A stretch of 64,000 nt of DNA from Chlamydiota bacterium (lineage in GTDB: Bacteria > Chlamydiota > Chlamydiia > Chlamydiales > JAAZZY01), in assembly GCA_022601335.1 (NCBI GenBank), contig JAJACV010000025.1, positions 1-64,000 on the forward strand, in the 5' to 3' direction. How positions within the stretch are numbered: the stretch's first letter is position 1; each line of letters starts with the position of its first letter. Positions 19,671-27,717 of this stretch are shown here, one piece after another. Position numbers and translations under genes: made by a program. A model generated the notes under the pieces. The model had not been told where the DNA came from. It worked only from the letters and a program-made list of their open reading frames with translations, and made no database searches.

Positions 19671-20210
19671 TTAGCTATCTTCAGGTTCAACATCCTCTGA
19701 AGGTGCTTCTTCTTTCACTTCTACTTTAGTCTCTTTTTGTTGAGTCAAAACAGCAGATCCTTCTTCAGGTTCAACTTTTAAATTAAAATGTGCTTGAACA
19801 CCCTCTTTCAATTTAAGGTTGACAGTGTGAACACCTATTTGTCTAATCGGATGCTCTAGAGAAACCATTCTTCTCTCAATAGAGATTCCTTCTGCCTGCA
19901 ACAAGTCAACTAAATCTTTAGCTGTAACAGAGCCATACATATGTCCTTCTGCATCGACTTTTACAATTTGTGTTACCACAGTTGTTCGCAGTTTTTGAGC
20001 TATATCTTCAGAATCTTTCTTATCTAGAATAGATTGCTTTGCTCTCTCTTCTTTAAGGCGCGCTTGTATCTTTACAACACTCTTATCGGCAACTAAAGCT
20101 TTTTGCTGAGGTAACAAAAAGTTTCTAGCATAGCCTGGCTTAACGCGAACTAAATCACCCTTTCGACCGACATTATGGATGTCTTCTAGTAATAACAATT
20201 GATTTTTCAT
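19671..20210 (-). CDS. rplI: 50S ribosomal protein L9 (with acidic C-terminal extension)
   Basis: The LLEDIHNVGRKGDLVRVKPGYARNFLLP N-domain is diagnostic of L9. Confidence 0.9.
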   Translation of the reverse strand: MKNQLLLLEDIHNVGRKGDLVRVKPGYARNFLLPQQKALVADKSVVKIQARLKEERAKQSILDKKDSEDIAQKLRTTVVTQIVKVDAEGHMYGSVTAKDLVDLLQAEGISIERRMVSLEHPIRQIGVHTVNLKLKEGVQAHFNLKVEPEEGSAVLTQQKETKVEVKEEAPSEDVEPEDS

Positions 20211-20226
20211 AGTGTGCTCCCCTGGC

Positions 20227-20499
20227 TTATTCTTTTGCTGTATAAGGCAAAATAGCCATATATCTTGCTCGTTTAATTGAACGTGTCAATTTCTTTTGAT
20301 AGTAGGCAGAAACACCTGTAATACGTCGAGGTAATATTTTCCCTCTTTCCGTAATAAATCGAGATAGTAGATTTGAATCTTTATAGTCTATCTCTTTGAT
20401 CCCTTCCGTTTTAAAGGGGCAGCTTTTTTTCTTTTTTCTACCTGGGCCTGCTCCCATTCTTCGTTTTTTCATGAAACTTCTCCTATTCCGTTCCAACAT
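20227..20499 (-). CDS. rpsR: 30S ribosomal protein S18
   Basis: YKD...[31 protein letters not shown] is the S18 signature. Confidence 0.9.
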   Translation of the reverse strand: MLERNRRSFMKKRRMGAGPGRKKKKSCPFKTEGIKEIDYKDSNLLSRFITERGKILPRRITGVSAYYQKKLTRSIKRARYMAILPYTAKE

Positions 20500-20821
20500 T
20501 ATACGTTAATTCTTCTTGGACTTTATCAGCCCTGAGGGTCATAAATCTCATGAGGTCTTCATGCAAGTGGTATTCTTTCCACAAAGCATTAATCTCACTT
20601 GAATTTAGGCTGAAAAATAGAACAAAATAATGTCCTTCCTTTCTCCCTCTAATACTATAAGCTAGTTTTTGGCGGCCCATGTCATGTTGCTTATGAACTT
20701 CTCCACCTTTTTCAACTATCTCACTTTCAATTTTTTCAATGGCCTTCTTCCTGGCCTCTTCACTTAGAGTGGTACTAATAACGTACATCCCCTCATAAAG
20801 ATGTTTTCTATCTTTTTTCAT
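20483..20821 (-). CDS. rpsF: 30S ribosomal protein S6
   Basis: YEGMYVI N-terminus; about 110 aa; sits immediately upstream of rpsR with a 17-nt overlap. Confidence 0.85.
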   Translation of the reverse strand: MKKDRKHLYEGMYVISTTLSEEARKKAIEKIESEIVEKGGEVHKQHDMGRQKLAYSIRGRKEGHYFVLFFSLNSSEINALWKEYHLHEDLMRFMTLRADKVQEELTYNVGTE

Positions 20822-20839
20822 GAAACCTCATCGATTTTA

Positions 20840-21433
20840 TTAATTCTCACTGTTTTTAGTGTTTGCTCGGTTCATTGCGGCTTCTAACCCTTCTAGAACC
20901 CATAATTTAACAATGTCTTCAGCATCTCCTACAAAAGCGCCTAATTCAGACATTTCTTTTTCCGTAAACTTTTCTAAGACATAGTCTTCAAGCGCTTCTC
21001 TCTTAGGAGAGCCAATTCCCATCTTAAGCCTCGAGTAGTCAGGACCTAAGTGACTTTGTATATGCTTTAGGCCTCTATGCCCCCCTGAGCCACCTTTTGG
21101 CTTAAGTTTCATTATTCCAAAGTCTAAATCAGCATCATCACTGATGACGAGCAAGTTTTCTTTTTTTACTTTATAAAATTGCATGCACTTCTTTACAGCA
21201 AGTCCACTCAAGTTCATAAAAGTACTCGGCTTCAATAAATAAACTGAAGAGTCCCCATCAACCTTAGCAAAATCACCCTCAAATCGAGAAACAGCTTTAA
21301 ACGAAGTTCCCCAGCCTTTGGCTAATTCATCTAACACCAAGAATCCTAAATTATGCCTCGTATACGCATATCGACTTCCCGGATTTCCAAGCCCCACAAT
21401 TAATTTTACAGGACGCTCTTCAATAACTTTCAC
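20840..21433 (-). CDS. pth: Peptidyl-tRNA hydrolase
   Basis: LIVGLGNPG..Y..TRHN.GF motif and a catalytic His. Confidence 0.9.
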   Translation of the reverse strand: MKVIEERPVKLIVGLGNPGSRYAYTRHNLGFLVLDELAKGWGTSFKAVSRFEGDFAKVDGDSSVYLLKPSTFMNLSGLAVKKCMQFYKVKKENLLVISDDADLDFGIMKLKPKGGSGGHRGLKHIQSHLGPDYSRLKMGIGSPKREALEDYVLEKFTEKEMSELGAFVGDAEDIVKLWVLEGLEAAMNRANTKNSEN

Positions 21434-21444
21434 CTTTTATGTCG

Positions 21445-22005
21445 TTATCGTTTTGCAATCACAACAGCCACTTCATTTAAATCAAGAAGAGGCTTTATTT
21501 TCTCAGACAATTCAATTTTTGAAAGTCTCATCGACTGATTGATCGACAATTTTGACACATTTAAATTAAATTCCGTAGGGATGTGTTTAGGCAAACATCT
21601 CACTTTAAGATGTCTAATTACAGGTCTAACAACGCCTCCGAGCTTGACACCTACACAGTCAGCGACTCCTTTAAATCTAAGAGGAATTTTCACGTTAACA
21701 GGAGTGTCTTCCAAGAGGTAAATAAAATCCAGGTGAAGAATCTCATACGTGGATACATGATACTGAATATCCTTTACGAGAGCCTTAAATACCTTGCCCT
21801 CTTCATCCTCTAGAGTAAATATTGTATTAGGTAGCCCCCCTTGAGGAATGGCTCTCAAGTGAGCCTTAAACTCGGGTCCAACAACTTCAATGAGTTTATT
21901 TGGATGATCTTTTGCATAGAGAATGGCAGGAATATTTCCTTCTCGTCTAATGTCATTAACTATTTTTTTTGTTTCAGCAAGTCTAATTTTAACTTTAAGC
22001 TTCAT
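21445..22005 (-). CDS. rplY: 50S ribosomal protein L25 / general stress protein Ctc
   Basis: R...GK...R+.G.IPA.+Y N-terminal pattern; 186 aa; located between pth and prs as in many bacteria. Confidence 0.85.
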   Translation of the reverse strand: MKLKVKIRLAETKKIVNDIRREGNIPAILYAKDHPNKLIEVVGPEFKAHLRAIPQGGLPNTIFTLEDEEGKVFKALVKDIQYHVSTYEILHLDFIYLLEDTPVNVKIPLRFKGVADCVGVKLGGVVRPVIRHLKVRCLPKHIPTEFNLNVSKLSINQSMRLSKIELSEKIKPLLDLNEVAVVIAKR

Positions 22006-22025
22006 TTCTAGGGCTCCAAAAAATT

Positions 22026-22979
22026 TTAAGGGGTGAATAAAGAAGACATTGAATTTTTATATAATACACATCTAATGCCTTCCCCAAATAAGTGTGCAAT
22101 TGATACTTCTTCTATTTTAGAAGATTTTTTAGATGAATCTTGAGCAATCGTATTACTAATCCAAATTTTCTCAATAGGGCTTTTTTCTATGTTTTCTATA
22201 GCTTCTTTAGCAAAAACACCGTGAGTTACTGTAGCAAAGACATCCTTGGCGCCTGCTTTTTTACAAGCCTCTGCGGCTCGGCACAATGTTTTTGCTGTTG
22301 AACACATGTCGTCTACAAAAACAACCGTTTTTTCTTTTACATCTCCAATAATGGGGGAATGCTCTACAGTTTCAGCGTCCAACCTTCTTTTATCTATAAT
22401 TACAAAGTCGGTTTTTAATTGATCTGCCATGGCCTTAACAAGCCGCACACTACCAATATCAGGTGCAGCTATGACGGTACTCTCTAAATTAATATCATGA
22501 GCTTTAATCTTTTGAGCAAGCGCGGGTCTCGCTTGAAGATTGTCTGATGGTATGTCAAAGAAACCTTGAATTTGATCTGTATGAAGATCCATAGTAAGAA
22601 CGCGGCTGGCTCCTGCTGTTTCTAATAGGTTAGCAACGAGTTTGGCTGTAATAGGCACTCGACCTTTGTCTTTACGATCCTGTCTTGAGTAAGCATAGTA
22701 CGGAAGCAAGACTACGATCGACTTCGCTGAAGCTCTTTTAAGAGCATCAATCATAATGAGCAGCTCCATCAAATAGTAGTTAGGTCTATGAGCTAAGCTT
22801 TGCACAATAAATGCAACTTTACCACGTACGTTTTCTTGAATCTGAACGAATATTTCTCCGTCAGGAAATGAATCAACGCGAGCGGACCCCAATTTCATTT
22901 TATTGTGGCTAGCTATAAGCTTCGCAAGTTCTGGATGTGAGGTGCCGCTAAAGAGACACGCTTCTTGATCAATAGACAT
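22026..22979 (-). CDS. prs: Ribose-phosphate pyrophosphokinase (PRPP synthetase)
   Basis: FSGTSHPELA..IA, FPDGEI.V.I.E.VRG, and the PRPP-binding loop VVFVDDMCSTAKT. Confidence 0.9.
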   Translation of the reverse strand: MSIDQEACLFSGTSHPELAKLIASHNKMKLGSARVDSFPDGEIFVQIQENVRGKVAFIVQSLAHRPNYYLMELLIMIDALKRASAKSIVVLLPYYAYSRQDRKDKGRVPITAKLVANLLETAGASRVLTMDLHTDQIQGFFDIPSDNLQARPALAQKIKAHDINLESTVIAAPDIGSVRLVKAMADQLKTDFVIIDKRRLDAETVEHSPIIGDVKEKTVVFVDDMCSTAKTLCRAAEACKKAGAKDVFATVTHGVFAKEAIENIEKSPIEKIWISNTIAQDSSKKSSKIEEVSIAHLFGEGIRCVLYKNSMSSLFTP

Positions 22980-23010
22980 TAAAAAAAAGTGACACTATGT
23001 TTAAACATTT

Positions 23011-23082
23011 TTGGGGTGGTAGGATTCGAACCTACGGTACACGGTACCAAAAACCGTTGCCTTACCACTTGGCTACACCCCA
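23011..23082 (-). tRNA. tRNA-Gln (anticodon UUG)
   Basis: A manual cloverleaf fold gives a 7-bp acceptor stem (U1-A72), a D arm GCC/GGC, an anticodon stem ACGGU/ACCGU with loop UUUUGGU (anticodon UUG) and a T arm GUAGG-UUCGAAU-CCUAC. Discriminator A; CCA not encoded. Confidence 0.8.
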
Positions 23083-23247
23083 ATGAAATTAAAGGTCAAA
23101 ATTTTAAACTAATAAGGGAATTTATTCAAGAAGCTTTCTCATAAGATTTAAATTTTGAATTTTGGACGTAGAAATAATGTAAATTTTTTCTTGAAAAAGA
23201 GACTCTTTTCAATTATTAAAAAATTAAACACGTGGGACTATCTCTGC

Positions 23248-24729
23248 ATGAAAATTTGCCATATTGCCAGCGAAATAAGCCCTATCGCCAAAGTGGGTGG
23301 ATTAGCTGATGTGACTCTAGGTTTGAGCCGAGAGACTCAGAAACTGGGTCACGAGGCATTTGTTGTTATACCCAAGTATAGAAGCCTAAAGACCTCTCAA
23401 ATAGAGAGCTATAGACCTTTGTCGACTAAGATAAAGGTCTATTTTGCAAATAAATGGCATATTTGCCAAGTGTTCACAGGAAAAGTGTGCGGTGTTGATG
23501 TTTATTTCATTGACTCTGAAGGGGTAGAAAAATATTTTGACAGGAGTAAAATTTACGGATATTCCGATGATCCTAAGCGGTTTGCCTTCTTTTCGGCAGC
23601 GTCTACAGAACTTATTTATTCTCTACACGCTCATACAGATATCATTCATATTCACGACTGGCAAACGGCATTGATTGCTCCCATTTTGGAGCAAAAATAC
23701 CGCTCAAAATTACACGCTAGTCTCGTTTTTACAATTCACAATTTAAATTATCAGGGTATTACTCATCAAAATCTACTAAAGAAAATAGGCTTAGATCATT
23801 CCAAAAGCCTTCAAGATCCAACATTTGCTAATAAAATTAATTTAATGAAGGGTGGAATTTACTTTTCAGACTTTGTTACAACGGTTTCTCCGAACTATGC
23901 TGAAGAGATAAAGTACCCGGAATTCGGAATGGGCTTGGACCTGGAAATCCTTAAGCAATCTCATAAAATAGAAGGGATCTTAAATGGAATTGATCCTGAA
24001 ATATGGAATCCCAACCTAGACCAGACACTTGAAAAGAATTATTCTGTAGAAACACTAGATTACAAAGCACTTGATAAAGATCATCTAAGAAAAATTTTAA
24101 AAATGCCTTTAACTCAGAACACTCCCTTAGTCATTTGCATCTGCAGGCTTGTTCCTCAAAAAGGCCTTAGAATGATTAAGAAAGCGATAGATACCGTACT
24201 AAAATTAAACGGACAGTTCATTCTATTTGGTTCCAGTCCTATTGCTAAGATTCAAAATGATTTTGAAATTTTAAAAGACTCTCTTGCCTCAAATAACAAC
24301 ATACGCTTCATCTTTGACTCTTACAATGAAGATTTAGCGCATCAAATTTACGCTGGAGGTGATCTATTGATATGCCCCTCCCTTTTTGAACCCTGCGGGC
24401 TCACTCAATTGATCGCCCTTCAATATGGAACGGTTCCTTTAGTCAGAAAGACAGGAGGTCTTGCAAATACTGTATTTGACATTGAAAAAGATAAAGATCA
24501 TCCGATGGGAGCTAATGGATTTAACTTCACCTCGCCTACTTCCAAGGCGATTGATCAGGCTTTGAGAAGAGCTTTTAAAGTTTTCAGAAAACAACCTGAG
24601 ACTTGGAGACGTCTCATTCAGCACGGAATGCTCATGGACTTTAGCTGGGAAAAATCAGCTAGGCGCTATTTGGAAATTTACAAACTAATTCAAAAAGAGG
24701 GATCTACCTCTTCAAAAAAAGCTTTATGA
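23248..24729 (+). CDS. glgA: Glycogen synthase
   Basis: MKICHIASEISPIAKVGGLADV (KxGGL motif) and overall GT5 glycogen-synthase collinearity. The ORF-track start at 23155 is an in-frame upstream extension and is less likely. Confidence 0.85.
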   Translation: MKICHIASEISPIAKVGGLADVTLGLSRETQKLGHEAFVVIPKYRSLKTSQIESYRPLSTKIKVYFANKWHICQVFTGKVCGVDVYFIDSEGVEKYFDRSKIYGYSDDPKRFAFFSAASTELIYSLHAHTDIIHIHDWQTALIAPILEQKYRSKLHASLVFTIHNLNYQGITHQNLLKKIGLDHSKSLQDPTFANKINLMKGGIYFSDFVTTVSPNYAEEIKYPEFGMGLDLEILKQSHKIEGILNGIDPEIWNPNLDQTLEKNYSVETLDYKALDKDHLRKILKMPLTQNTPLVICICRLVPQKGLRMIKKAIDTVLKLNGQFILFGSSPIAKIQNDFEILKDSLASNNNIRFIFDSYNEDLAHQIYAGGDLLICPSLFEPCGLTQLIALQYGTVPLVRKTGGLANTVFDIEKDKDHPMGANGFNFTSPTSKAIDQALRRAFKVFRKQPETWRRLIQHGMLMDFSWEKSARRYLEIYKLIQKEGSTSSKKAL

Positions 24730-25595
24730 CTCTTTTCAGCTCTTAAGACTCCTGCTAGATAAGGAATCCACTCAAAATTAATCCCTAAAGAAATCGGAGT
24801 TTGCTGACGACTAGGTAATTCAATAACCCGGTGTTCATGAATCATTTTACAACTTCCATCTTCTCTAAAAACACATAACGTCTCAAGTTCATTTTCCATT
24901 AATGAATTCAGTGAAAAAAATCCTTCCTCTATTAACAAGTTTAATTGTTTCTCACTAACTACGACGACTTGAGCTAGGTCATTTAAAATAGAAAGAAGCT
25001 GGCCTTTGTAAGGGGTTAAGTCAATCAAAGTATCTAAAAAAAAGCAGACCGTCGCCTGATTTTTTTTTACGAACTCAATTATTTTAAATGGAAAGTAGCC
25101 CCAAATTAAACTGTGAGCATCTAATAAAAGCAATTCAGGTACCTCAAAAACTTCCCATTGCAGCTCTAAGGGATCTAAATCTAGTGAAGCGCTTAAATGC
25201 AAACACTGAACAAACTCCTTCGAAGGTAATTTAAGCGAAAGCACTTGAGATGTATCTCCAAAAGATTTTAAAAATGAGGTTTCAATATCGACTCTTTTTA
25301 GAGAATTTTCATAAAAACACCCTGCCGCATCCTCTCCTACTTGTCCGACAATTTGAAAACAGAAACCTGTTTGCGCAAGTTCTATTGCCGCTTGAATTAA
25401 GACACCACCAACTGAAAACAAAGGAGGCATCGAAACTTGTGAAATAAGATGTTCTTGAAAAAAAGGCTCCATTACATGCTTAGCGGAGCCATCTAAAAAA
25501 CATTTCTTAATAAAGGAGTCTGAAACCTCAAGTATTTTTTCAACATAGGGAAAAGCTAGAATAAGACCTTGAGGAGAGCCTTTAGCTGCGAGCAT
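24690..25595 (-). CDS. Hypothetical protein, degenerate PfkB/ribokinase-like fold
   Basis: VGGVLIQAAIELAQTGF and QIVGQVGEDAAG resemble the N-terminal PfkB motifs. No C-terminal DTxGAGD motif was found. Its start overlaps the pgsA stop (TAATG). Confidence 0.35.
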   Translation of the reverse strand: MLAAKGSPQGLILAFPYVEKILEVSDSFIKKCFLDGSAKHVMEPFFQEHLISQVSMPPLFSVGGVLIQAAIELAQTGFCFQIVGQVGEDAAGCFYENSLKRVDIETSFLKSFGDTSQVLSLKLPSKEFVQCLHLSASLDLDPLELQWEVFEVPELLLLDAHSLIWGYFPFKIIEFVKKNQATVCFFLDTLIDLTPYKGQLLSILNDLAQVVVVSEKQLNLLIEEGFFSLNSLMENELETLCVFREDGSCKMIHEHRVIELPSRQQTPISLGINFEWIPYLAGVLRAEKSHKAFFEEVDPSF

Positions 25596-26191
25596 TATTT
25601 ATCCTTATTTTGAATCATCTTTTTCACAGCTGAATGGTGAGCATAAAAATAATCAAAGGCGGAATAAACAGTGTAGAGGGCAGCTAAGCTAATAATATAA
25701 ATGCTAATCAGCCTTAAATCTTCCACTTTTAGATATCCCAAGCTAAAAGGAATCAAGAGTAAAACAACAATATAAATAGCCACAGCTTGAATAATTGCTT
25801 TAATTTTTCCACTTGGCCTTGCAGCTAGTGCTATCCCTTTTAAAGCGCAGATAGTACGAAGAGTACTAATCATTAAATCACGATAAAGAAAAATGAAAAC
25901 AAGTAAAAGAGGAAGAGCAATAGCCCCTTGAGTAAAGGCTAGTAAACATGAAATTCTAGAAATACTATCTGCCATAGGATCTACAATTTTACCAAAATCG
26001 CTCACTTGATGATATTTTCGAGCAAAGTATCCATCAAAAGCATCTGTGAGTTCAGAAAAAGTCAAGATGCCGAGTAAAATATACGGAAGAGCTATGAAGG
26101 AAATTCCAACATGACCATGCCAAAGATAAAACACCAAAAAAAGAGGACTGAGAATAATCCGAATGAATGTGAGCGTGTTGGCAATAGTCAA
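25595..26191 (-). CDS. pgsA: CDP-alcohol phosphatidyltransferase (CDP-diacylglycerol--glycerol-3-phosphate 3-phosphatidyltransferase-like)
   Basis: DAFDGYFAR...G...DPMAD matches D(x2)DG(x2)AR...G(x3)D(x3)D. It is a multi-TM protein. Confidence 0.75.
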   Translation of the reverse strand: MTIANTLTFIRIILSPLFLVFYLWHGHVGISFIALPYILLGILTFSELTDAFDGYFARKYHQVSDFGKIVDPMADSISRISCLLAFTQGAIALPLLLVFIFLYRDLMISTLRTICALKGIALAARPSGKIKAIIQAVAIYIVVLLLIPFSLGYLKVEDLRLISIYIISLAALYTVYSAFDYFYAHHSAVKKMIQNKDK

Positions 26192-26308
26192 TTTTAGGTC
26201 CTAATTTAACTTTGGAGGTAAATGTGTATCAAATCATGGTTTTAAATTTCAAGAAAAGTTGAAAAAAGTTACAAAGACATTTCAAATTACCACCTAAAAA
26301 TAAAGCTT

Positions 26309-27187
26309 ATGAAAATAGATTCATTCTCTCAAAAAAAAGATCTCTTCATTTTCCCTCTTATAGCGTCTCTCTTTTGGGTATCGAGTTTAAGCTTATTAAA
26401 GTTTTTAACCTTAAAAACAGCTTTTATCCCTCTCTTATTTTTTTGGTTTGCTCTACGCCTAATAATTAATGGTTTCAAAATATATCAAAAACCTCTTTCT
26501 TCTCTTCGAACTCCCCTGCTTTCCCTACATATTCGCCTTGGGTTTATTTCATGCGCACTCTACGCGTGTCTTTTAGGTGCTCTTAGCGCTATTCCACTTA
26601 TGACAGCTAATGCTATTTATCTTACTTTTCCTCTTTTCATTCCTTGGATCTTAAGATTATGGATAGGAAAAAAATCTCCCCCTTACTGGATTCTTTTTAT
26701 TCTCATCGCTTTAGTTGGAACTTTCGCCTCATTTAATCAAAAATTTGGCCTATCAAACCTAGGAGTCTTTTTAGCTCTATGCTCCGCTCTCCTTCAGGGA
26801 CTGCGACAACTGGGGCAAAAAAGGCTACTTGCAAGTGAGCCCCCTTTTCGCATCTGGTTTTACCAATCCCTCACACCTCTTTTATTATCAAGCATCTTAT
26901 TAGTAGACTCTTGGAAACCTATTAAGATTCCTTTTCTTATACTAACCGCATTAGCAGCTCTGTTCTATGAAGGATCTTCACAGCTTATGAAGTACAAAAA
27001 ACGATCTCTTTCTATCCAAGGACCCCTCTTTACGACTTCTATCTTTACAGCTCTCTTAGCAGATCTCTTAATTTTCGGATCTCCGCCCCCTTTTATCCCC
27101 ATTTTATGCGCCCTTTTAATCTATTTTTCTCTTTTTATAGCTTTTTTTCAAAAAAATATTTTACCTAATCCACTCTTTGAACTATGA
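26309..27187 (+). CDS. Putative DMT-superfamily (EamA-like) transporter
   Basis: About 10 predicted TM helices in two halves; no catalytic motif. Family assignment rests on topology only. Confidence 0.4.
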   Translation: MKIDSFSQKKDLFIFPLIASLFWVSSLSLLKFLTLKTAFIPLLFFWFALRLIINGFKIYQKPLSSLRTPLLSLHIRLGFISCALYACLLGALSAIPLMTANAIYLTFPLFIPWILRLWIGKKSPPYWILFILIALVGTFASFNQKFGLSNLGVFLALCSALLQGLRQLGQKRLLASEPPFRIWFYQSLTPLLLSSILLVDSWKPIKIPFLILTALAALFYEGSSQLMKYKKRSLSIQGPLFTTSIFTALLADLLIFGSPPPFIPILCALLIYFSLFIAFFQKNILPNPLFEL

Positions 27188-27225
27188 GGACATTAAGGCA
27201 CCAATGATTTTGGAAAGGGGGAATC

Positions 27226-27492
27226 ATGAAAAACATATTTACCGATCATCCGCATAGTATTGGAGAAACGTACTTTAAACATGCACTAGAAGCTTTATTT
27301 ATTTCAGCGAGAATGACTTATACTTCAATAGCCATGCTCATCCACGCTGTACTTCCTTTTCTATTCGTAAAAACTGCCAGAAAAACAGTTTACTATTTTT
27401 ACGATCGTTTTCAAAAAAGACTCACTCCTCTAGTCGAAAAAACAAGTTTAGAAGAAACTGAAGCCCTTTTAGAAACTCCTGAAGTAGAATAA
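27226..27492 (+). CDS. Small hypothetical protein (88 aa), partly hydrophobic
   Basis: A strong SD (AAGGGGGAA) lies 5 nt before the ATG. No family was recognised. Confidence 0.3.
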   Translation: MKNIFTDHPHSIGETYFKHALEALFISARMTYTSIAMLIHAVLPFLFVKTARKTVYYFYDRFQKRLTPLVEKTSLEETEALLETPEVE

Positions 27493-27655
27493 CTAGAAAT
27501 TCGACTCCTTATTCTTTACCTACTGTTATTCAAATAGGACTCTATTCTATTTTTATTAGTTATAGAGCCGCACTTCATTAAAAAAGATTCTCTACATGCC
27601 TAATTTCGGTTTTTTTTCACCCAATATATATTAGCTTAGAACAATCTAATTTATA

Positions 27656-27684
27656 TTGACTAATTAGAGTTAATACAATAAAAT
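27656..27684 (+). promoter_or_regulatory. Sigma70-like promoter candidate TTGACT-17 nt-TAAAAT upstream of the ankyrin gene
   Basis: TTGACT at 27656-27661, an exact 17-nt spacer and TAAAAT at 27679-27684 lie 34 nt upstream of the ATG at 27718, in a 225-bp AT-rich intergenic region. Confidence 0.35.
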
Positions 27685-27717
27685 ACTCTCCTTTTTTAAT
27701 AAAACGAAATCCTTGAC

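Noticed and set aside
23155-23247. Upstream in-frame extension of glgA from the ORF-track start at 23155
   Set aside because: The extension reads through the tRNA-proximal promoter region and adds 31 non-conserved residues before the canonical MKICHIASE...KVGGL start.
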